NCBI RefSeq assembly: GCF_009914755.1
Contig: NC_060932.1
Length of the DNA: 64,000 nucleotides
Strand: one strand, 5' to 3'
Origin: the human T2T-CHM13v2.0 reference genome, Homo sapiens
The notes beneath the pieces are model-generated. The model searched no databases and was not told the DNA's origin. It worked only from the letters and a program-made list of their open reading frames with translations. Shown piece after piece: positions 12,214 through 25,830 of this stretch. The translations under genes were made by a program, and so were the position numbers. Numbering within the stretch: the first letter of the stretch is position 1; each line of letters begins with the position of its first letter.

Positions 12214-13049
12214 TATATATATATACAAATTACTTTTCCTAACATAGCCCTTAGGTTGTTAATACTAGCAAGTGCTGTACCAGTCTCACACTCCTGTGAT
12301 TTTATTGTACTGAGCATCTACAGGAAATTGTGTAAGATATTGTGTAAATGGAATGCTGCCCTCTTATGGTTGCACAAATCCTTCCAGGGTCAAACATAAA
12401 GCCCCAGTCGCTAGTTAGGGTACTTAATAGAAAGACGTAAGAACTAGGAAGACATAAAAAAATTAACCCACACTGATTTTACAAATTACAAAATGGATTG
12501 AATGGAGGAGACTCATACCAATTTCATATAAGTTGACAGGATAGAGCCAAAGATAAAATCAAGTTCATTGTTTCTTTCCTTCTAATGCACATTTGAATAT
12601 GATTTTTAACTTCTGATTTCATAATTCAAGTATTTCAAGGGAAGTCGCAAAACATCAATTTTATCAAAATAAGTTATAATAGGGTAATTACAGTAAGTCA
12701 ATATGGTGTCACATTTCCTCAACCACTGAAGGACCTCTTCATTTTGTCAAATTAGAAGTCTCAAATATCCAACCAAAATTTGAAAAGGTCCCAAATATCA
12801 AACTCAAAAATTTTCAATTTCCAGGACATTTTTGATTATATTTTCCTAAGATCATTCTTATTCTTGTTTACCATCTGGGGAGTCACAGTTGAATGCTTAT
12901 CCAATAAATGACAGCCTGTCAAACATTGGATAAAAGCTGCTTTTTTTTTCCTTAAAAAACCTCTTCCAAGATAACTATTTGCATTTTTGTTCTCTATGCA
13001 GTTTTAAAAATATATCTGTAAGTTCATATTACTGTAATTTATTTATTGA

Positions 13050-13780
13050 ACATAAATCACCTTGCATTATATATATACACATATATGTATATGATTCTAT
13101 ATAGTTTTATATGTTCTGATTGCTGAGGCAAAAGGTATGTATTTGCATATAAAATTTAGATAGACAGTGTTAAATTGCTTCTGAAATAGGTATACCAATT
13201 TACCCTCCCACCAACAGTATACAAAAGCCCATTTTGCCATATGCTTATAAATACCAGATAAACCTCTCATCCATGCCTTTCAACTTTTCTGTCATATTTT
13301 CTATCACTTAGGCATTTTTAAAACTATGAATTTGGAAAATCATTTTATCATTCTTATTTTACAAATCTAATTTACCAGTTTGTCGCTTATCTTCTGATTT
13401 TATTTATGGTGTTATTTGACACAGAGATGTTTTAAATTTAAGTAGTTTTCATGCCTTTGTTAAAGTAATTTACAAGATTTGCTCACAAAGTTTATATAAA
13501 ATACTCAAATTTTCCTTTAGTGGCTTTGTGATTTATTTTATTGCCTTTATATTTAAATCTTTAATCTATTTGAAATGCATTTTATTATATGGTATAAAGT
13601 AAGATCATTTGATATTTTTTCCAAATGGTTATTTTTTTAAGCATTTATGAAACAGCTCATTGAAGCTCCACCACTTAGAACTGTCACTTTAAATCAAGTA
13701 CCAAACCCTTATGTAAACTCAGACCTTTATTTGTTCTCTCTACTTTTTGGACATTTATTTTATTATTTTAACTTTATTAC
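13050..13780 (-). mobile_element. Old L1M (L1ME-like) fragments
   Basis: 'ttgctgaggcaaaaggtatg...tataccaatttaccctcccaccaacagtat', 'atttaaatctttaatctatttgaaatgcatttttattatatggtataaagt'. Confidence 0.6.
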
Positions 13781-14199
13781 GTGTAATGACATCCAATATT
13801 CCATAAATTCCTCTTTTAATAAATAGAAAGTGACTATTATAGATGTACAAATTTTTGACATTATTAAAATACAGTAAGGTAAACAATAATAATAATAATA
13901 ATAACTTTCCACCTAGAATTAGCTGCTAACATTGTGGCATATTTGTTTTCAGTTTTTTTTCAAATTACTCTGATATGTTTGTAAACATAAAACTAATATT
14001 TTGTAAATATGCTTGTTATAAAGAATTTAATCATTCCACAAATTACAAATAGGCAACCATCATCCCAGTGTTCAAGAGCTGGAAATTGTCATCATTACAT
14101 TAGTTAAATGTCATTTCAAGTATTGTTCATGTCTATATAAATATACAAGAATGGATGCATGAACAGACAGACAGAAATGAATTTATTAGAAATAAATAT

Positions 14200-14615
14200 G
14201 TCTGGAATAGCTTTCTAGCTTGAATTCTGTGAGGCTGCAGTCAAGCTGACAGCCAGACCATACCATCAGACATCTTAAAATTTGATCAAGTTGAAGAGTC
14301 CAATTTTAAGCTCACTCACATGAGTGTTGGCAGACTTCTGTTCCTCATGGGTTGTTGGACTGATGGTCTCAGTTTCTTGTCTTTCATAAGGCTGCTCAGA
14401 ACTTGGCAGCTTGCTTCCCCGGTGTGAGTAATCTGAGAGAGAGATAGAGCCCAAGACAAAAGCCACAGTCTTCTTACAACCTAATTTCAGAAGTCATATA
14501 ATTTCTGCCATATTTTATTAATTAGAAATGAGTCAATAAGGTTAGACAACCATTAAGGATTACTCAAAGGCATGAACACCAGGAAATAAAGATCATCGGG
14601 AGATCTTTTTAGTAC
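14200..14615 (-). mobile_element. MaLR LTR, MLT1F-like
   Basis: 'gaggctgcagtcaag...aagctcactcacatgagtgttggcag...ggcagcttgcttcccc...aatttcagaagtca...ttctgccatatttta'. Confidence 0.7.
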
Positions 14616-14627
14616 CATAAAACATTC

Positions 14628-14917
14628 TTTTTTTTTTTTTTTTTGAGACAGTTTTTCTCTGTAGCCCAGGCTGGTTTGCAACGGGGCCATCTCAGCTCAC
14701 TGCAACCTCCACCTCCTGGAGATTCTCATGCCTCAGCTTCCCAAGTAGCGGGAATTACAGGCGAACACCACCATGGCTGGCTAATTTTTGTATTTTTAGT
14801 AGAGATGAGGTTTCACCATGTTGGCCAGGGTGGTCTCGAACTCCTGATCTCAGGTGATCTGCCGGTCTCTTCCTCCCAAAGGGCTAGGATTACAGGCGTG
14901 AACCAACATCCCCAACC
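14628..14917 (-). mobile_element. Alu (AluS-like)
   Basis: poly(T), 'gagacag...ctcactgcaacctcc...aatttttgtatttttagtagagatg...caggtgatctgcc'; TSD CCAT(A/T)AAACATTCTTT at 14615-14630 and 14918-14933. Confidence 0.95.
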
Positions 14918-16421
14918 CCATTAAACATTCTTTAAGCTGTAGTCTTATTTTTTTTATACCTGTCATCAAGTTAAGGAAGTTCCATTATATTTGTAGTTTA
15001 TTAAGAGTTGTTATAAGTAGCAATTGATTTTTTTAAATAAAATTTTGCTTCTACTCAGGTGATTTTATGTATTGTCTTAGCTTTCTTGAAGTATGTTGTT
15101 CAAGATAGTACCATTTTCCATATACTTAGAAATGAAATCTTTATTTATGGTAAACTTTAAAAATACTTATAGACACGTTCAAAAATTCAGTTGACATATT
15201 GATTGTAGAAGTTTCATTTGTAGTTTAATATGTGAAAAAAGATGGTCTTCCCATTATGTAAATTGTATATTTTCCTATGGCTCAAATGTGTGTTTTTTTG
15301 TTTTTGTTTTTGTTTGCAGGGGGGTGGATTGTTTGTTTTTCACATCTAGGGCAAACTTTGTTACTTCTTCATATTGACCCTGAGCATTTTTTTGTCTAAC
15401 TTATTTCAAGGTACCATATATTTCTTTGCAATGTTTATAGTGGTAGTTTTCCTATATATATATATATATTTCCTAGCAGTGTTTGCCTACAGGGTCTTGT
15501 TAGTTGGAGTAAAAGTGTAAATCAGGTGGTTATAACACAATAGGGAGTGGTGGGGCCTGGCTAAGCTCTTCTGTGGGTTCCGCCTCAAAGTGACAAATTC
15601 AACTAAAGCAAGCAATGAAACCAACACTGCAACAAACAAAACATATCTATACTCTTGGTTTAAAACAAACAAGAAAACAAACACCATGCTTTTTAAAACT
15701 ATCTGCAGAATCATGGGCACCAAACTGAGCTCTGTGATATCCTTTACATTACTGCAATTTAATTTTCAGTTATGTTGCTTCCCTATGTCTATTTCTCAAT
15801 TTTTATTTTGTTTAAAAAAATTTATCAATTTATCTAGTTATTTTACACTTTTAATGCTTTTAGGAATACTATACACATTTTTATCTCCCAATGGTTATAC
15901 TTAAATTTAATAAAATGTATATTTTATCCTAGGTTTTTTAAAAATAAATTGTGTGGTATATTTTCTAACCTTGGGTAAAAATGAGATATTCAAATATTCT
16001 ATAAATTTATCTTCTGTTTGCTGTAGTAATTCTATTTCTTCAGGGGGCATTTCCATCAAGTCATTGAATTGTTTTCCCTATTTGAAACTAAAGTTACTTT
16101 ATATATCCAAAGATTAGTGTTTTGCTTATCCTGATGGAATAGAGAAAACAAATTTTGTTCAGCAATTGAATCTGATATGGTCAGAGATGTTTGAATCCTG
16201 CTATTGATGTATTTTAGGCCCAGGTGATGGGATAAGAAAACATTTAAGATTGATTAAACCCCGTTTTCTCAGTTCTCTGGTGAGTTGCGAAGGATTTGCA
16301 TGAAACAATGACTTCCTGGAGGTCCTCCTAGTGTGATGAAGGGTTTGTGCCAGCTGAAGTTAGCTATGTGTTTCCTGACACATCTATTCTCCGTATGACT
16401 CTGCCATGGCATCACCCCTAC

Positions 16422-17368
16422 TTTTTTTTTTTGACTTTATAAAAGATAGTTTTATTGTTAATTATTTACCTTAGTAATTTCAGGAAGAAGAACAGACTAG
16501 CTCAGTCCGACATGATTGGCAGTTGGCAAAATCTGGGGAAGCAAGTGTTCTGATTGCTAAGGATTTAATTATATTCTTTTAATACTTACCTATCTAATGC
16601 TTCACATATAATCCAGAATAAAGGTATCATCTCCTTCCCTTTCACTTTAATGCTACACCTACCTCCCTTCAATCTGGAAATAATTTCCTTAAATATGGTT
16701 TTCAGAAGAACAAGTTCCCTCAAGAATAAAGCCATGAGGACAGTGCACAAAAAGAAAAACTCAAAATGAAACTCTACATGATAATTTGTCTAAAGAAACA
16801 AATCTTTCAAAATATTATGAAATAAATCCAGGTACAAATGCACTTGTTCATCTATGTGAATAGGTTCTGGTATAATAACTGAAAATGGCTGGCTGTTTAC
16901 AAGATACACAAACAGGAACGGTGCACCTACACATCTAATGGCCCTCAGAAGCCCAAAATGTTCCAAGTGCTGTAGGCCAGAACATACAAGAATCAATCTT
17001 CATCTTTTTCCTTCTGAAAAGCTGTCCCATAGTTAGGCTGGACTATGGGACTGTCTTGTTCACAAACAGGAAGATCTCCTTTTCAGAAGGAAGCTGAATC
17101 CTTTTCCTGGTGATTCATATTAAATGAGCTACAGTGGCATCAACTGGACCCAACTTCCTCTGGTTGTCAGTGTTAACAGCCTGAGAGCCTGAGAGCTTTT
17201 CCACAATTACCAGAACCTGGTCAGGATATTTTGCTCAGATCTTTGCGGATTCTGTACATCTATGTTCCAGTGAGTGTTCTTCCTTGAATATCTACTTGAT
17301 GAAGGTGGTGAGTAAGAGGTGGAGCTGGCTCTTGGAGCTGTGGATCTCAGTGCACCAACCACACCATC
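16422..17368 (-). pseudogene. GABARAPL2: Processed pseudogene of GABARAPL2 (GATE-16, ATG8 family); ancestral CDS at 17300..16945
   Basis: Minus-strand translation IK*IFKEEHSLEHRCTESAKI*AKYPDQVLVIVEKLSGSQAVNTDNQRKLGPVDATVAHLI*ITRKRIQLPSEKEIFLFVNKTVP*SSLTMGQL..EKDED*FLYV.AYS aligns with GABARAPL2 ([35 protein letters not shown]...IRKRIQLPSEKAIFLFVDKTVPQSSLTMGQL); intronless; start codon lost; multiple stops and frameshifts; AATAAA (tttatt 16451-16456) and poly(A) (T run 16422-16432). Confidence 0.95.
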
Positions 17369-18030
17369 CTCTGATTTATTTAGCCAGCTAGCCATGTGGT
17401 TACAGCTTGGGTTGAACATATGCAGTCCACGATGCTTCTTGTGTCATCATGGTGCTGTTTGCATGAAATGCTGGTAGAATGGAGATGTGTTCTACAATGG
17501 ATGTCCTACATCTTTGCTGTTGCTCTGAGCCGTTGCTCTGAACTTAGCAGTATTTTGGTGTTCCACAGAATTAGAGTGAGATCCTTTTGATTTTTTCTCC
17601 TAATGAGCTTTTCCTTTGTTGACACCTCAACTGATCAGTTATTTCAATCCACTCTTGTGTCTACTGGAATGCATAAAATCCTTCCCGAATTTCAAAGGCT
17701 AGTATAGATTTTTACTCCTTTTGTTTATATTTCTTTGATTCTTATATGAGACTTTGAAGGCTAGTGAAGATAGGGAGGAGTTACATTTACAGTGTCAGTG
17801 TGATATGTTAAAGCAGATATCACATGACATACTCTTCATGAACCCAGTCTGCTTCCCAGCAACCACATGGGCTTATTTTATGGAGGCTCATAGATACCTC
17901 TTAATAAAATCATCCAGAATAATTATTATGTGTTGAACTGTGTCCCTTCAGAAGACACATTGAAGTCCTAACCCCTGGAACTTGTGAATAGGACCTTATT
18001 TGGAAATAGGGCTCTTAAAGCTGTAATCAA

Positions 18031-18924
18031 TCCAGAATCTATAAAGAATTTAAACAATTTTACAGGCAAAAAACAACCCCATTAAAAAGTGGGCAAAGGA
18101 TATGAACAGATACTTTTCAAAAGAAGACTTACATGCAGCCAACAAGCATATGAAAAAATGCTCAACAACACTAATCATAAGGTAAATGCAAATCAAAACC
18201 ATGATGAGATACCATCTGACACCAGTCAGAATGGCTATTGTTAAAAAATAAAAAAATAACAGATGCTGGTGAGGTTGCAGAGAAAAGGGAATGCTTAAAC
18301 ACTGCTGGTGGGAATGTAAATTAGTTCAGCCATTGTGGAAAGCAGTTTGATGATTCCTCAAAGACCTTAAAACAGAATTACCATTCAATCTGGTAATCCC
18401 ATTACTGGGTATATATTCAAAGGAATATAAATTGTTCTACTATAAAGACATGCATAATGTATTAATTGCAACACTATTCACAATAGCAAAGACATAGAAT
18501 CAACCTAAATGTCCATCAGTGGTAGACTGGACAAAGAAAATGTGGCACATATACATCATGGAATACCATATAGTAATTAAAAAAAAATGAGATCATGTCC
18601 TTTGCAGCAACATGGATGGAGCTGGAGGCCATATCCTAAGCAAACTAACACAGGAACAGAAAACCAAATACTATATGTTCTTACGTATAAGTGGGAGATA
18701 AATAATGAGAACACGTGGACACTAAGAAGGGAAAAACAGACCCTGAGGCCTACTTGAGGGTACAGGGTGGGAGAAGGGAGAGGATCATAAAAAACAACTA
18801 TTGCGTACTAGGCTTAGTACCTGAGTGATGAAATAATCTATATAACACACCCCCATGACATGAGTTTACCTACATAACAAATCTGCCCATGTACCCCTGA
18901 ACCTAAAATAAAAGTTAAATAAAT
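18031..18924 (+). mobile_element. 5'-truncated older L1PA (about L1PA13-16)
   Basis: ORF2 3' end and 3'UTR 'gaggcctacttgaggg...tgtacccctgaacctaaaataaaagtt'; TSD AAAG(C/A)TGTAATCAA at 18017-18030 and 18925-18938. Confidence 0.92.
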
Positions 18925-19152
18925 AAAGATGTAATCAAATGAAGAAGAGGCCATTCTGGATTAGGGTCATACTGGATTATGTAGATCCTAATCCTGTGGC
19001 TCGTGTTTTGATATGAGGGATATTTGGACACAGAGTCACAGAGGGAAAGCACCGTGTGATGATAGAGGCAGAGATTGGACTGATGTGTCTATAAGCCAAG
19101 GAACACAAAGAATTGCCAAAAACCACCAGAGCCTAGGAAAAGGAAAGGGAGG

Positions 19153-19523
19153 TATATTAGTTTGTTTTCATGCTGCTGATAAAGACATACCCAAGACTGG
19201 GCAATTTACAAAGAAAAGAGGTTTAATAGAGAACTCACAGTTCCATGTGGCTGAAGAAGCCTCATAATCATGGCGGAAGGCAAGGAGGAGCAAGTCACAT
19301 CTTACGTGGATGGTGGCAGGATAAGAGAGCTTGTGCAGGGCAACTCCCATTTTTTAAAACCATCATATCTCGTGAGACCCATTCACTATCACGAGAACAG
19401 CACGGGAACGACCCACCCTGGTAATTCAATCATTTTCCAAGGAGTCCCTCACACAACACATGGAATTATGGGAGCTACAAGATGAGATTTGGGGTGGGGG
19501 GGACACAGAGCCAAACCATGTCA
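19153..19523 (-). mobile_element. THE1B-like solo LTR
   Basis: 'tattagtttgttttcatgctgctgataaagacatacccaagactgggc...ccaaaccatgtca'; TSD GGAGG/GGAGA. Confidence 0.92.
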
Positions 19524-20096
19524 GGAGAATAGTTCCCTGTACCCTCAGAGAGAGCATGGCCCTTCCAAAACCTTGATTTTGGATGTCTAGCTCCCAGAAT
19601 GGTGAGAGAATATTCTGTTGTTTGAAGCCACCAAGTTCATGGAACTTTGCTATAGCAGCCCTAGGAAATGAATATGGTAGTCATTTGATAATTTGAAGAA
19701 TTCAGGTCCTCCTTAAAAAAAAATTGGTAAGGAGTATTTGATTGCCCACCATTCTGCAAAACCTCTTTCTTCATGATTCTGCGATGATCACTAATTTTGT
19801 AAGAAGGTCTGAGAAATTTCATAATTTTTCGTTCTAGTTTCTATTGTGCAGGAGTATGAGAGAAAAAAGCGGCTTCTGAGCCTGGTGTAAATCTTACCTA
19901 GGGCAGTTGTTGAGTAAATGTGTTATTTTAAAAAAAAAGGTGATTTAAACAGGGATTTATGAGGATGTACTCTCCTTTCCACATATGTTATAAGATATAC
20001 ATTCACTGGGTCCAAAGGGCAGATTGAACATGTGCTCAAGCCTCCTTCTCCCTCTCTTGGTCCCCAGATATAACATACAGTTCTAGAAAATAAAGG

Positions 20097-20182
20097 GGTC
20101 TAGAAATTATTAGGAAATCCTGAAGAAAGAGATAAAGAAAATCAGTGGTCTAGAAATTATTAGGAAATCCTGAAGGAAGAGA
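20097..20182 (+). repeat. 36-bp direct duplication, period 50
   Basis: GGTCTAGAAATTATTAGGAAATCCTGAAG(A/G)AAGAGA at 20097-20132 and 20147-20182. Confidence 0.95.
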
Positions 20183-20499
20183 AACCTAGAGTCAAAAGCA
20201 TAGCTCCAAACACATTCCAGGTGGAAGAGGACTCATAGTTACTCCAAGCTGGGTGGTGGTAAATAAGATTGTCAGGTAAGGGCCCTGAAGTGCATATCAG
20301 GGGTTTGACTAGAGACCTATAGCAGTTCCGATCTGAAGTTTTCACCGTCTTTCAACAATCAGTTATGCCAAGCAGTGACCAGAAGAGGCAACTACTCCAC
20401 TACCATCTTTGGAGCCAGAGTGCAGTAAACAAATGCAGCACTTATAGAAAGGCTCCGTGACAGACTCTCTAGTCATGATGATCCCATGGTCAAGAATCA

Positions 20500-22260
<1,761 letters not shown>

Positions 22261-22314
22261 GCATGATAAGCAAAGAAACTGATAAAACTTTTTATAAAAA
22301 TAATAAATAGTCTT

Positions 22315-23956
22315 TGGTTTCAGCACCAACAGGTAGAGTGTGGAAGTCATCACTCCTGTCCTTAGAACAATAAAAGCTGAACAAACTAAAAATCAACGCA
22401 TGTTTGGTTCTACCAGAGAACCAGGGGCTCATGGCAAACCACCCCAAAATCTGGAGAGACAGGTGCATCCAGAGAGATCGAGCTGAGATCTGTTCACCTG
22501 GAAAAGAAGCTGCTGGAGCCATAGACTGGTGGAACCATTAAATGGTAAATTTGATAAGTTGTTGAAGGCTGACTGTGAACTAGCATGAGTAAGAAACTAT
22601 TAGGGACCCCAATCTTAGGGGTTTCCTAAAAGTTTGTGGGTTTTGCTTCCAGGAATATTATCAGATTCTCATCATGAGGATCTGGGAAAGATCCCCTTAG
22701 GGTTCTGGCGGTGGAGACAGGGGTAGGGGAGAGTAAGTATTGAGAAATGTGTCCAACTCCTCTCTCTAACAAAGACGTAGTCTCCATGTGAAAGTCTTTA
22801 GCAGAGAGCAATTCTGAAATCTGATCACAGCCAGAAACAGGGAATTCTTCCCACTCTAGTCCCTTCCAACCCTCTTGTTTCACCTAAGAGGGGAAAGACA
22901 TCATCAACAGGAGTTAAGGCTTCAAGGAAATAGACTGGGAATGAGGCAGCCAGGGAAAGGAGTAGGAGACGAGAGAAAAAGTGGCATCACTGGCGAAACA
23001 TCTGTGAAGGTCACTGCCCTGAGTCACAGACTGACTAAAAATCCAAGATCTAATTGGAAGATTATAGGAGGTTCCTTCTTCACCACACCTTACCATCACA
23101 CTGACAAGTATAATAACAGTGGATTATAGCTGGAAAAGCTGCATGACACAGACTCTCTGAGGACTGCATAAAAAATGCCCAAGTCAACAGGGGAGCCAAC
23201 AACAGAAACTCTAGAGGAATTAGAAACCTCTGACACCTATAGCTACAACAAATATTAAACATAATCTAACTCCTAGCCAGATTAACATAAATCCTCACAC
23301 TACAGGCCATTTAGCTCAGTTTTTATTACCCAATACAATATGCCTGCCTTTCAACAAAATCATAAGGCATGCCAAAAGGCAAAACAAAACAAAACAAAAC
23401 CAACCAATGAACAAAAACATTCTGAAGGGACAAAGCAGTCATCAGAATGCGACTCAGATATGACACAGATATAGAATTATCAGGCAAATGATTTAAAATA
23501 ACTATAATTAATGTGCTAAAGGCACTAATGGAAAAATAAGATAGCAGACGAGAACAGATGAGTAATGTAAGCAGAGAGATATTCTAAGAAAGAATCAAAT
23601 GTAAATGCTAGAAATCAAAAAGCAACAGAAATAATGAATGCCTCTGATGGGCTCATTAGTAGCGTGGACATAGCTGAGAACAGGATCAGTGAACTTGAAC
23701 ATAGATAATAGAAATTTTCTAAACTGAAATGCAAAGAGAATAAAGAATGAACCAAACAGATGAGAAAATCCAAACTATGTGACAATATCAAAAGGTGTAA
23801 TGCCTATAGTTGGAATACCAGAAAGAAAGAATGGAGCAGAAGAAATACTTGCAAAAACCATGCTCAAGTGTTTCCCAAAATTAATGTTATACACCAAATC
23901 ATGGATTGAGTAAGCTTAGAGAACACCAAGCAGGATTTAAAAAAAAGACAGACAAA

Positions 23957-24002
<46 letters not shown>

Positions 24003-24060
24003 CTACCTACCCATAACCTACTCAAACTGCAGAATACCAAAGACAAAATCTTGGAAGAAC
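22315..24060 (+). mobile_element. L1MC/MD-type 5' end and ORF1 remnant
   Basis: 5' motif 'ggaagtcatcactcctgtccttagaacaataaaagctgaacaaactaaaaatcaac'; ORF1-like 'gactcagatatgacacagat...ggatcagtgaacttgaacatag'. Confidence 0.7.
23959..24000. repeat. (AC)n microsatellite (about 21 units)
   Basis: Directly visible. Confidence 0.98.
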
Positions 24061-24213
24061 AAATAAAATTATAGTCTTGAAAATTTTAAGATTATATCAA
24101 TGTGTTAGTAGCTTGTGGTGAAAGGATGAAGGCAACTAAAAATTTGCATGTGTGTGTGTGTGTAGGAAGGCTGTATACACAGATTAGCTCTAGATAGTAA
24201 TAAATGTCACATA

Positions 24214-24434
24214 TAGGTTGAGTATCCCTTATCCAAAATGCTTGAGACCAGAAATCTTTTAGATTTCAGATTTGGAAATATTTTATTATCATGCTTACCA
24301 GTTTAACATCCCAAATCCAAATATCTGAAATGTTTCAGTGAGCATTTCCTTTGAGCATCAGGTTGATTCTCAAAAAGTTTTGGATTTTGGAGCATTTCAA
24401 ATTTTGGATTTTGGGGTTTGGTTTGCTCAACCTG
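24214..24434. mobile_element. Tigger4a/MER46-like Tc1-mariner MITE
   Basis: TIR ends '(t)aggttgagtatcccttatcc' and 'tgctcaacctg', each flanked by TA. Confidence 0.85.
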
Positions 24435-25604
24435 TACTATATATGTAGATACTGTGGAACTGTAACAATAACAACTTGGGGCTTTGAAATAGGGTACGTA
24501 ATTTCAAATCACTAGAGGAAAAAAGATAGATAAAAACTGAAGTCTTATCAACCAACTGTATTACATCTCTACTGAAGAATCTGAGGTCATTAAAAAGAAC
24601 AAGATAGATTGTATGGTCACTGAGCTCAAAATATTTTATCTAATATTATCCAATAAAAACAACATATTTTCTTACATATGTATATGCATATAAATATATT
24701 TTAAAAGCTGAGAAGAATATACCTTTAGGAAGAGAAAGGAAATCGAAATGGAAAAGGGAGAAATATAATTTTTACTTACATTGTTTGAATATATGTAAAC
24801 ATTCATGTGTAGCTGATACAATTTGGAAAGTGACTTCTAAAAACTAAAAGCCACTAAATAGATTCTGTCTTAATGCTGAAGAAAGGAAGATGGACCTGAA
24901 TTTTCCATTCTTCACTGTAAATGGGAGGACCAAGTTAACACACAGTAATACGTAAAATTACAAATTATTTCTCTCCACAAAACCTTCAAATATCATGTGA
25001 GGGGATAGAGCTTCAAAGGGAAATAATTTGTTCCTGGAACACAATTTTTCATTTAAACACCATCTTCATTTTGAAGAGAAAACAAATGGGTGCAATATGA
25101 CCCTGCTGGCCTTAGGCCTACTCCTGTACCACAAGTGCCATATGAAACCATGAAAGGAACCACATCAAGGCAGATGAGACCACTGAGAACTTCAAGGAAA
25201 TCATGTCAGCCACGTATGATTTATCTGTGGACCTTTGTTGGGCAAAGCAAACTGAGAGTCCCAGAGCTAATGGGAAAAGTCATCAAGTTAAAAGTCATCC
25301 TTGGAAAGAACATGAAGGAGCAGGAATATAAAAAGTTTGGAAATGCTGTCAATTCCATATACTTAGTACTCTTTCTTTTAGGGAATTAAAGAAAAAAAAA
25401 ACAAAACACCATAATGCTGTTCATTGTACTCAAAGGCAGTATTATTCTCACAATTTGGAAAATCTTTTATTATTTCATTTAAGCCTAGGAAACAGTTTTT
25501 AGTTAATTTTATTTTGACAAATTATTAATCATATAATAAATACACTATTTGGGGGCATTTTTAATATTTCTGGAATTTCACATATATCATTTATGATCTG
25601 GAGG

Positions 25605-25830
25605 TCAGTGTTGTGTAGTTAAGAGACTGGGCTTAAGGCCACACTGCCTGAGATAGCATCCTACCTGCAACACTTACTAGCTATGTGACATTTGTCAATA
25701 TGTACCTCCCTGTGTCCTAACTACCTCAATAATAAAATGAACTAGTACCCATTTCATCAAGTTGCTGTGAAGATCGAATGAGATACGACCAGGAAATTTC
25801 TCACAATCCTCCCTGGTACAAATGAATACT
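25605..25830 (+). mobile_element. MIR SINE
   Basis: 'tgtagttaagagactgggc...cacttactagctatgtgac...gttgctgtgaagatcgaatgagat'. Confidence 0.7.

Larger units (their letters stand above)
17929..19675 (+). mobile_element. MaLR LTR (MLT1B/C-like) split by an L1PA and a THE1 insertion
   Basis: 'gttgaactgtgtccctt...gaagtcctaacccc...gaccttatttggaaatagggc' continues at 18925-19152 and at 19524-19675 ('ccttgattttgga...gaagccaccaagtt...agcagccctaggaaatgaata'). Confidence 0.8.

Noticed and set aside
14643-14924. Alu-derived ORFs (also 21645, 21766, 27704, 33070, 33824, 33930, 51108, 51169)
   Set aside because: Typical translations of Alu sequence, not genes
16409-17380. TSD of the GABARAPL2 retrocopy (catcacccctac versus caccatcctctg)
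   Set aside because: Similarity too weak to call
16790-17419. ORFs of 68 and 70 aa on the minus strand
   Set aside because: Mostly out-of-frame or UTR readings across the GABARAPL2 pseudogene; the true frame is broken by stops
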